Origin: Blepharisma stoltei ATCC 30299
Lineage: Eukaryota; Protista; Ciliophora
DNA length: 64,000 nucleotides
Direction: 5' to 3'
NCBI GenBank assembly: GCA_965603825.1
Contig: CBFDEM010000010.1
Coordinates: 62,001 to 126,000, forward strand
A program made the translations under genes and the position numbers. This document shows, in pieces, positions 25,083-34,936 of the stretch. The notes beneath the pieces are model-generated. The model was not told the origin of the DNA. It saw nothing but the letters and a program-made list of their open reading frames with translations, and did not search any database. Positions within the stretch are counted from its first letter, which is position 1, and every line of letters begins with the position of its first letter.

Positions 25083-25961
25083 ATGGGGTCAAAACTCTGC
25101 ACCACAGCCCAAAAAGAAGATCCTATGGAAATGATAAGGCAAGACTTAGAAGCCAAAATTGAAGCTTGTCCTAAAAACTCATTTTTAGATGAATCGGCAA
25201 ATATTGATGAAGGATCTCGTGAAATTAATTTACCGAAAGCTAGTACTCATTCATCGCCTTCAAGCAAGCCAAGCTATGAAATTGAACAAATAAAGGCTAA
25301 AAAAAAATTAGCAAAAGATAATTTCATCTCAGAGCTCAGCACGAACAATGAAATCATATATGAAGGAGAGCTCTTTCGTTACAAACCATCTGCCAAAGAT
25401 AGATTTATTTCAAGATGATGTGAGCTAACACATGAATCATTTCACTACTATAAAAGTCATGTAGCAAATATAAACGGTTGCAAGCCATTATTAACAATTC
25501 CTTTGTACCAAATTTTGAAAATTGAAAAGTAAACGCCATTTAGGATTCAAAACATATCAAATTATTTCTGCATGGAAATTCTCACCATAGATAACAAAGC
25601 TGTAACCTTTAATTCAAGAAGTTCTTCACCTTTTTCCATTAGCGTATCCATGTCCCATACAGGATTTTTCGCTCCGGATTCTCCAGGGGTAGAAAAAGGT
25701 CATCTCATGAAAAAACCTTTTCAGCTCGCACCTAAATATAGAGAACAATCACCAACCGAAAGGCATTTAATGACCATAACCCCGCCAAATTTTCGAAAAT
25801 TTTACTCAGGAAAAGTCAACGAAAGAAAAAATTCCTGAACAGTCCGAGAAAAAGAAATGTATATGGCAGAAGAGCGTCTAATTTTGTGCCACAACAACCT
25901 CAACGATCTTCAGAAGTGGAAGTGGATCATTAAGCATGCAATGATAGAAAAAAATGTTTAA
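25083..25961 (+). CDS. Myristoylated PH-domain-like protein
   Basis: MGSKLC N-terminus, IIYEGELFRYKP...ISR-W-CEL...FHYYKS, C-terminal QKWKWII helix. TGA at 25416 and 25836; intron 25529-25543. Confidence 0.75.
25529..25543 (+). other. 15-nt intron
   Basis: gtaaacgccatttag removes in-frame stops. Confidence 0.85.
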
Positions 25962-25989
25962 CTATAAATAAAAATCATTTTAAACGTTA

Positions 25990-27141
25990 TTAAGTCGTGA
26001 TTATATTATCTCTTTTAACCTCCAAAAGTTTTGTTAGGGCAGATCTCACATATAAATCTTTAAAATCAGTGGCCAGCGGTCTTTCAAAATACTGCATCAC
26101 CACGCTATCAGGAACTTCAAATACACTTTTATAGCTCCATTTAGGGTTTTTATCTTTGTCTACTAGTGCTGCTCTGACTCCTTCGTATACATCAGTTCCA
26201 GCTACAAAATTCATTGATAATCTGTATTCCATTGTAAACGCTTCTTCTAAGTTCATCTGCAGCCCTCTTCTCATCTGTTCAAATGTAACTTTCTGTGACA
26301 GAGGGTTCAATTTCTGCAATTCTTGATAAATCTTTTTACCAAAACTTGACTGAGAAGCGGCACATCTTGTATGGATTTCTTCAACACTTGATGCTCCTCC
26401 AAAGTGCTTTTCGACTTCTTCATAAAAGCTTGTATTTGGTTCGACTTTTTCAGAGAATTTTTCAACAATTTTACTGACCCCGACGACGTTTGTATGTGGG
26501 TTGATTTTTTCTTTGAGTTGCTCAATAAGGTCGCCTATCCGAGCTTGTGGAACATAATGAGTGGCAACTCCAGCTTGAACTAATTCAGTGGAAGACAGCC
26601 TACTGCCAGTGACTGCTAGATATAGCCCTAAGCTTCCTGGGAGTCTAGATAGGAAATAGCTAGACCCCACATCTGGATATAAGCCGATGCCACACTCAGG
26701 CATCGCAAAGACAGATTTTTCTGTAGCAATTCTTATTGGTGAATGCATTGATATCCCCGCACCTCCGCCCATTGTAATCCCATTCCATATGCTGATCTGG
26801 ATTGGCCTCATTCTGGCAAACCCATAATCAGTGACATACTCCTTTCTAAAGAAAATTGTTGGAAGGGTTGATGAAGGGTCTTTTTTCTTGGCCTCGTAGA
26901 GGGCTTTGATATCTCCGCCTGCTGAAAAAGCTTTGTCTCCTTCCCCAGTCATAAGGACGGCGCAGGTGTCCATATCTTGATTCCAATCTTTTAGATTTAA
27001 CATCAGATGGTCAAACATTTCTACGTTCAAAGAGTTCAGGACTTTAGGCCTGTTAAGCTTGACGTGACATAGATGTCTAGTATACTTGCTTAAAACTGGT
27101 ACATCTGCAGTGAAGAAGCGCTTGGAAATATGATGTATCAT
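25990..27141 (-). CDS. HIBCH: 3-hydroxyisobutyryl-CoA hydrolase, mitochondrial
   Basis: LNRPKVLNSL, AFSAGGDI, GITMGGGAG, FAMPECGIGLYPDVG, EGVRAALVDKDKNPKW. Confidence 0.95.
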   Translation of the reverse strand: MIHHISKRFFTADVPVLSKYTRHLCHVKLNRPKVLNSLNVEMFDHLMLNLKDWNQDMDTCAVLMTGEGDKAFSAGGDIKALYEAKKKDPSSTLPTIFFRKEYVTDYGFARMRPIQISIWNGITMGGGAGISMHSPIRIATEKSVFAMPECGIGLYPDVGSSYFLSRLPGSLGLYLAVTGSRLSSTELVQAGVATHYVPQARIGDLIEQLKEKINPHTNVVGVSKIVEKFSEKVEPNTSFYEEVEKHFGGASSVEEIHTRCAASQSSFGKKIYQELQKLNPLSQKVTFEQMRRGLQMNLEEAFTMEYRLSMNFVAGTDVYEGVRAALVDKDKNPKWSYKSVFEVPDSVVMQYFERPLATDFKDLYVRSALTKLLEVKRDNIITT

Positions 27142-27653
27142 TATTTTAATAAAGATTTTGGTTAAGCATTTTAGAATATTATAAAGTTATCAGAAATTGG
27201 TAAATCCTAAAAGTATTTTAGCCTATTTTCTATTTCAGAAATTGGAATTAATTTTTAAGAAATACTTGTTAATCCTTATAGCATTTATTAAATCAAAATA
27301 AAATTTATATTCAATTTTCAGTCGCATTATTATATATATCCCCTTAACCTAAAACCCAATAAATGTTAACTTTAAAACAACATGGCATTATTCGATTTTA
27401 TAAATAATTTAAAAATTCTGATAGAAATTTCATTTTAACTTTGATAATATTTTAATTCTTAATAGCCTAGTTCATTAATTCTGGTGGCCCTCAGCGCAAT
27501 TATTATTATTTCCATCAAATAATAAAGCCTTTTTCACTTGAAAATTCTTTAAAATGATCATAATAAGGTCATAATGTTTATATTTGAACCTAAAGAATTA
27601 AAATAATACCGATATTTTAATCTTCAGCACAATTTCCATTTTTATCAAATCAT

Positions 27654-28323
27654 ATGAGTTCCACATCAAAGCAAGGGCCACCAAAATTGCTTCTTACAAG
27701 AGACGAGTGCATTAGAGCTCAAGGTCTCCTGAAAGCACTCAGCAGACAGCCAGGAGCTCATTGGTTTCGCTTACCTGTTGACTTTGTCGGGCTAGGCCTC
27801 ACAGATTATCCAGAAATTATCAAGGAGCCTATGGACTTATCAACAGTCAGAAAACGTCTCGTGAATAACGAATACCAAAATTTAGACGAGTTCATTTTTG
27901 ACGTCCAATTAATCTGGGACAACTGTAAAACTTATAATCCAGCTGGATCAGTATTTTTTAAACTAGGTTGTTGCTGAAGAAGCATCAAAATGCGAGCAGT
28001 TCATGCATGACTATTGCACAGAACACAATATCCCTCAGCCTTCCCCTATAAGAAGACCAAGAGAGCCAGTGATTCCTGTCGAAGAAAAAACTGAGCTTTC
28101 TGAGCTGGTTAAAAAAGTAAGCCATGATGCATTGGCGCATATCGTGACCATTGTGGAAAATGAATGCCCTCAAGCTTATACACAGTTGGATAAAGAAAGA
28201 GTAATGATTTCTCTTGACATGATAAATAAAGCTACGTTTGATAAACTGAAAGAGTAAGACTTATGAAGGGTAATACACACAGACGTTGGGATGCCGAACA
28301 AAAAACAAAAAATTGAAGAGTAA
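27654..28323 (+). CDS. Small bromodomain protein with ET-like C-terminal domain
   Basis: WFRLPVD, DYPEIIKEPMDLSTV, IWDNCKTYN, then EEKTELSELV...ISLDMI. Introns 27951-27966 (16 nt) and 28254-28268. Confidence 0.85.
27951..27966 (+). other. 16-nt intron
   Basis: gtattttttaaactag; the 16-nt length is what brings the frame into register with the 28003 ORF. Confidence 0.85.
28254..28268 (+). other. 15-nt intron
   Basis: gtaagacttatgaag; removal adds a short NLS-like tail PNKKQKIEE*. Confidence 0.65.
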
Positions 28324-28851
28324 ATAATAAAGATAAGTAACGAGTAATGAAACTTGCAATGTGGGTGATGATAAGTATAAAGTAAGAATTAAAATAGTCG
28401 GTCTCTAATAAATTGATGGATCTTTAGGAGATTTCATAAATAATTGGTAGCGCCATTGTTTGAGAGCATAGAGTATGATATTCCATTATTCCGCTTAAAA
28501 AATAGAATTTATGAGAGTCCATAAAAACCATAAATAAAAATAAAGGAAAATTATATGAAAGCTTGAAAATTAGCTCACTAAATTTTTCAACACTCTGCAT
28601 TAGATCAAATAGCATAGTTACTGCATTGAGCCGATATTTGCCATATGTAAATCGCTGAAGCGTGCTGAAAGTTATTTAAAACAGAGTTCAAGCTATTTTG
28701 CAATTTTTAACGAGAATTTAAATTATGTTTCATAACGTTAAGGTTTTATTTACTCAAATAATGAAATTAAGAAGTCATAACCAATTTTTATAAAATCAGT
28801 AGATTTCTTTAGAATTCTAATGAGATAAATGGTTTAGAGGCTATAATAAAA

Positions 28852-29940
28852 ATGTCGGGTATTGCGGCTACAATATGCTTTTATGGATGCTTTTACGGAT
28901 GCTTAGTTTGCTGTGATGCATGCATTTTATGATCTTGACTAAAGTCTAACCAAAATTTTCTAAAGTCATTGCTTAGATTTTTTGTGTGACTTATTATAAA
29001 CTACTATATTTTTAGGTTTTTTGGCTGAAATGAATATATATTCAATTTTTTTGAAATAGTGGGAATTTCAGATGAAGTAGTGGAACTTGAATCCTCAGTT
29101 TCAAATTTTTTGGTCATAAGGTATGCAATGAAAATATACGAAATATTATCTTACGTAGGGTATTGGCACTCAACTTATAATTGAAGCTTAATAGTCCCAA
29201 TTTTACTCTGGATCAATCCACTGCAAACCATAGGTGACAAAGCATCTAGTGTTTGCTTACTGCTAAACTGAAATATTTTATATATTTACTCTGCGACTCT
29301 TGACGAAAACTCTCAATATGGAAAAATATTTCCTTCTATATACCCAATTTTACATATATTAGCATCTTATTGGATCTATTGAAAAAGATATTCTTTATTG
29401 AGTTCGTCAAATAAATCAAATATAAATTGAGGCATAGGCATAAATCAACTTTTAGTATTTGCTTCATGAGTTTTCCTATTTTCTAAGATATATTATGGAA
29501 GCTTATCAGCTGGAATCCTTGAAATCATAAAGTTATTATTTTGGATATTTACTGAATATATTGTTCTCTATCTCGTTCTTGTGATTTATGTCCTACTATT
29601 CACCCGTTTTGGAGATGAAGTTTATGAAAATTCATATGCCTGTAAGGTCAAAGGCAAAAACCTTCAACAAATTGGGAATTTTGCACTATCAGAGCTATTT
29701 GGATTCTTTGTGCTTATTATCTTGACTATATTTTTATATTGAACTTACTATATTTTAGATATTCTTTTTAATTCTCCTTGGATACTAACTGAAGGATTTG
29801 TGTTTATGCTAGCATATATTGCTACTTTATGAATGTCATTTTCATCGTCATTTGGCTCTATTAGAAACAGTGATGTGTGAACTTGGAACTTTGCTGCATT
29901 TTATATGGAACTTACACTGGTTAGATTTCTTTTTATTTAA
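28852..29940 (+). CDS. Orphan multipass membrane protein (362 aa), absent from the ORF track
   Basis: Hand translation gives 362 sense codons with no TAA/TAG, 12 TGA and 6 TGG. Cys-rich N-terminus MSGIAATICFYGCFYGCLVCCDAC and many hydrophobic segments. Confidence 0.82.
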
Positions 29941-30134
29941 GTTATTATTGAAAAATTAAAAACATTATCTCTCGTTTCACTAATCTATAAGATAGCTAAA
30001 TAAATCAACTGTAATCATGAATAACTGAAATTTTATATTTTAGACATATAAACATAATAATCTGAATGAAATATGTATGCACATCTAGAATATTTAGAAA
30101 AATTTAAAAGACATAAGATATTATGAGAACCAAA

Positions 30135-30542
30135 ATGGCTTCTGCTTCAGCTATTTCTTGGAGAGATAGCGCAAATGAAAATCATATCAGAATTTATTAC
30201 TTTAGAAATGGAAATATTGAAGAAAAATGCTGGGACGGCTACTGATATCCAGGAGCATTTGCTTTTCCAGGAGAGACTATATCAGCTACTTCATGAAGTA
30301 TGGGAGATAGAATTTGCATTAGAGTTTATGTAGGAAATGGCTCGCTTATTAATGAATATTGCTGGGATGGAGAAGAATGATATCAAGGATCATTTACTGC
30401 AGAAGGGGTTTCTTCGACAGCTGTTAGCTGGCTAGATGACGGAATTCCAAAAATTAAAGTTTATGTGAGTGATGAGGACAGAACAATATCAGAGTATTCT
30501 TATGAGAATGGATGGGAACTGAGCAATGATTTAGGGGTTTAA
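30135..30542 (+). CDS. Three-blade fucose-binding beta-propeller lectin (RSL/BambL/AAL family), absent from the ORF track
   Basis: SAISW..HIRIYY..IEEKCWDGYWYPGAF / ISATSW..IRVYV..INEYCWDGEEWYQGSF / TAVSW..IKVYV..ISEYSYENGW. Three TGA codons fall at conserved Trp positions. No signal peptide. Alternative ATG at 30123. Confidence 0.88.
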
Positions 30543-31362
30543 TTTGGTTTTTGCTTATTTAATCTAAATAATTTTATTTGAAGAGAAATTTTATTGAAGT
30601 GTTTTAATAAAAATTATTTGGCAAGGCAATGCATTTTTAGCAATTAATGATATAGATATTGTTTTGTATAAAGGATAGGAAAAGGTATTTAAAGTTAATA
30701 AATTTTTTAAAACGTTTAAAGTTAAGACTTAGAAATTTAAGAATCTGAAATATATAGTTAGAGTATATGCCAAATTATTAATAATAAAAACTTAATCTCT
30801 ATGCCATAATATGTCATTATGTATTATATATAAGTCAATAATAATATAAATGCATTGAATTTATATAAATCGAAGATTAAAATCCAAAAATTATGAATTG
30901 AAAAAAGGCTAAACATAGAATTTCAATCAAAGGATCCTAGCAATTAATTCATTTCAAAAATATGAATATCAAAATAAGATTATTTTGTATTTATAATAAT
31001 TATTCATTTTATTTTCTTTATTTATAAAGCCTATAAAAGTTTTAGAATTTCAGTATTTAAACATAAAAAAATGCATAAAGATTTGGTAATTTATAGACTC
31101 AATTTTCTTAAAATTTTATCAACTTCCATCCTTTATATTGGACTAAGTTTTTGTAATATAATCGATTTTCAAATGATTTCTACCCATAGAACAAAAGATT
31201 CTCTTTAAGTATTTATAATTCCAATATCCTTCAATAGAGAAGCAATAAAAAGGAAATTTCTAAATAGTTTTTTTATTCAAACAATAAGAAATTTAACACA
31301 ATCATCAAAAATCATTAAAAGTATTATATTCCTTCATAATTACCACAAAACGCTTAATTGAC

Positions 31363-31428
31363 AAAGCACTCCATCATTTTATTCTAATCGCTTAATTCTT
31401 CCAAAACGGCTAGATTTAAGCCATATTT
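31363..31428 (+). promoter_or_regulatory. Putative upstream element AAAGCACTC...AAAACGGCTA-n-GCCAT shared with the 47150-50197 gene
   Basis: Same motifs in the same order and orientation upstream of both secreted acidic-protein genes. Confidence 0.45.
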
Positions 31429-31453
31429 AGTAAGAAAATTTTATAAAATAAAA

Positions 31454-34069
31454 ATGCAAAAGAAGTGACTTCTATTGTTGATGTTAACATCTATCAGTCT
31501 CTCTCTCAGAACTAGAAACGACCAACCCTCAATTAACGCAATTGATATAGCTCAAAATACAGCATTTACTCAAATGGAGCAAAGCACGACAAGCACAGGG
31601 GGATCATCTGATAGCAATGCACCTATAGAAATTGAAAGTTCAAGTACTTCAACGACAATTACTCATAGTACTAAACCAGATTGGCCTGTAGAAGTAGAAG
31701 TTGAGGTAAGCGGAGGCGTACAAGAAGATAACGATCGTTATGTATCTCTTACCATCACTGTAGAAGTTGATGTTGATGGGCCTGGAAATGATTCCGAAGA
31801 GCCTGAAGATACAACTGAGCAAGAGGAAGCTGCTGCAGAGACCTCAACTGAAGAAACCGAGCAGGATCAGGAAGTAGAGGAAGAAGAAGAATATGTAGAA
31901 GAAGCTGCTGAAGAAGCTGAAGAAGAGGCCGAAGAGGTTGAAGAAGAAGCTGAAGAAGAGGCCGAAGAGGCTGAAGAAGAAGCAGAAGAAGAGGCAGAAG
32001 AGGCAGAAGAAGAAGCAGAAGAAGCAGAGGAAGAAGCAGAAGAGGCAGAAGAAGAAGCAGAAGAAGAAGCAGAAGAGGCAGAAGAAGAAGCAGAAGAAGA
32101 AGTAGAGACTGTTGCTGAAGAAGAAAGTACTGATGAAGAAGAGGAAATTAACTGCCCTGACAGTGATGTTGCCGTTACTGCCTGGAAAGATATGACCTCA
32201 AAACATATCAGAGTTTACAGATCTGCTGATGGACAAGTTACTGAAGAATGCAACGATGACGCCTATTGGTATACTGGCTCTTTCAGTGTTGAAGGTCAAA
32301 CAGTATCTGCCACATCTTGGGAAGGAGGCTCCATCAGAGTTTATATAGGAAATGAAGGCTACCTCTCTGAGTGGTGTTGGGATGGCAACGGATGGTATGA
32401 AGGTGACTTCATAGCTGAAGGCTGCATAACAGACGTTTACAGTGAAAAAAATCTTGGAAGAGTTATTATAAAGGTCTATGTTTTAGACTTAGAAGGAAAA
32501 TTATCTGAATACACTTGGGATGATGGATGGTCTGAGACCTTTGATTTTTCTAAGGATCGACCTCAGAGACTTCAATTAGACCCTCCTCCTCTTCCTTCAA
32601 CATCTGAATCAGCAAGTGGCTCAGGTGAAGACTGCCGTGAAAATGATGTTGCCGTTACCTACTGGAATGGTCTTTTAGGAGAAGACCATATCAGAGTTTA
32701 TAAATCTGATAATGGAAAAGTCGTCGAAGAATGCTTTGATGGACTTGGCTGGTATGAAGGATCGTTTAATTTCGATGGACAAACTGTGTCTGCCACATCT
32801 TGGGAAGGACACATCAGAGTTTTTGTTGGATTTAAAGGATTGATCTCTGAATATCAATTCGATGGACTAGGATGGCATGAAACTGACTTCGAAGCTGAGG
32901 GTTGCGTGTCTGATGTATTCAGTCATGAATTCTTAGGCAGATATATGATGAAACTCTATGTGATTAACTTAGAAGGAAAGCTAATTGAATATACTTGGGA
33001 TAGAGATTGGGAAGTAACTACTGAATTTGATGAAGACGAAGAAGTCGAAGTTACCTCAACTGAGGCGACAGATAGTGAAGAGAGCTCAGATTCTGATGAA
33101 AGCAGCGAAACTGATGAAAGCTCTGAAACAGAGACAGAAGAAACTTCTGAAACTACATCAGTATCTGAAGAAACCACAACAACTACAGTCACTACAACTA
33201 CTACAACCACCACTGAAAGTGAGTCCACAACCGAAGAAACTGATGAGGACACTTCTGATGAAACTTCTGAAGCTGCCCCACAGGAAGCCCAAACAGAAGA
33301 AACTGATGAAGACGCTTCTGATGAAACTTCTGAAGCTGCCCCACAGGAAGCCCAAACAGAAGAAACTGATGAAGACGCTTCTGATGAAACTTCTGAAGCT
33401 GCCCCACAGGAAGCTCAAACATCAGAAACAATCAGTGAGTCAGAAACCACCAGTGAATCAGAAAGCTCAACTGAAGACTCTCAAGAAGCAACCCCAGAGA
33501 CTTCCACAACTGAAGAATCTGAAGAAGCATCAGAAAGTTCATCTGAAAGTGACTCGACAACTACTGATACCGAAGTCACAACAACAGAAACTACCACAAC
33601 TGAAAGCGAAACCACTAGTAGTGATAGCGACGAATCTGAAAGTGACGATTCCTCAGTATGCGCCACAATTTCTATGTCTGCAACAGCTTGGGAAACTCCT
33701 TTGCAGAGACATATAAGAGTCTATCAAGTTATAGACGGAGAAATCATTGAAAAATGCAAAGACGGAAGCCCTGAATGGTACATAGGAGATTTTTCAGCTG
33801 AAGGAAATACAGTCTCTGCAACTTCTTGGGATGGAGGAATAAGGGTTTATGTGGGATCTGAAGGGAATATCATAGAGCATGTTTGGAATGGATTTGAGTG
33901 GACTATAGGAGCTTTTACTGCTAGAGGCTGTCTTACTGATGCAGTCAGTTGGACAGAACCACTCGGTCCTATAATTAAAGTTTACGTCGCGGACTCTGAA
34001 GGAAGATTAACAGAATATACAGGAAATGGGCTTGGACATTGGAATGCGAATGTTGTCTCAACAGATTAA
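31454..34069 (+). CDS. Secreted acidic protein with three 3-blade RSL-type fucose-lectin modules and Glu/Thr/Ser-rich linkers
   Basis: Signal peptide MQKK-W-LLLLMLTSISLS. Modules at about 32153-32535, 32633-33015 and 33659-34066 carry HIRVY, VSATSW, IRV(Y/F) and K(V/L)YV motifs. Confidence 0.88.
31870..32145 (+). repeat. EEEAEEA low-complexity coding repeat
   Basis: Degenerate gaagaagaagcagaagaggca repeats. Confidence 0.85.
33233..33421 (+). repeat. 63-bp tandem repeat x3 (EETDEDASDETSEAAPQEAQT)
   Basis: Near-identical units starting at 33233, 33296 and 33359. Confidence 0.9.
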
Positions 34070-34167
34070 ATTAATTTATTATACATCTTTAATGTATCAA
34101 TAGTGCCATATAATTAAGAAACCCTATTAAAAGCTTTTTGAGTATAATAACGCATTATAAATTGCAA

Positions 34168-34917
34168 ATGAAAGGAATCAATTGTTTTTATTCTATAGGA
34201 AAGCAAATTTCAGGGAATAATTTAACTGGGCTAAAGGTAGCTGAAACATTGTATAGCCTTTCAAAGTGCAAAGACAGCGACTCATTTTTCTATAAAGACG
34301 AAGAATGATTTAAGTCGCTATTTTCTTACACAAAATCTGCAATTCGAAGAATAGATGCTAACCACCTTGCAGCAATTACATACTACTCGGCCTTGATAAA
34401 ATACTTTGAAGCTGATTTATGATATGTTTTAGAAATGCAGATCGCAAGAACTGATATCACATCACTAATGAATCCAATTGGACTAATTAGAACTTCTCAA
34501 GGTTTTGCATTAGTCCCTGAAAGTTTGCCAATTTCCCACCAAGAAGTATTTCAGCATATAGAAGCCCAGTTTGTAGACAGAATTGACGCATATTTCAAGA
34601 AAACAGAAAAACATGCACTTATTCCTGTAGAAGAACTTGGGAATTTGATAGAGACTTTTGCAAGTATGAATGAAGGGAATAAAAATTTTTATTCACATGT
34701 AGAGAGATTAGCTGATGAATTAATGATGAAAAATCGATGAAATCTGGAAGATTATAGCAAAATCTTATGGGGATATGTAATGATGAATGCCAATTTAAGT
34801 AAGAGAATAAGAAAAGTGGCTGAGAAAATAGATGAAAGTGATTTGCAAAATTTGCCTTTTCAGGCTAGGAACAAACTGAAATGGGCGCTAGGGCAAATTA
34901 ATGTAAAAAATAAATAA
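34168..34917 (+). CDS. Helical-repeat hypothetical protein (FASTK/HPR-like organellar RNA-binding candidate)
   Basis: Single frame with TGA=W. Repeats such as LAAITYYSA, IGLIRTSQGF, LGNLIETFA, YSKILWGY. The family is a guess. Confidence 0.65.
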
Positions 34918-34936
34918 TCGATTATTTAAATACACT

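Noticed and set aside
27339-27360. Telomere-like CCCTTAACCTAAAACCC stretch
   Set aside because: No tandem copies of a regular telomeric unit; too short to support a call.
33233-33421. CRISPR-like repeat array
   Set aside because: Contiguous in-frame coding repeats with no spacers, in a eukaryotic context.
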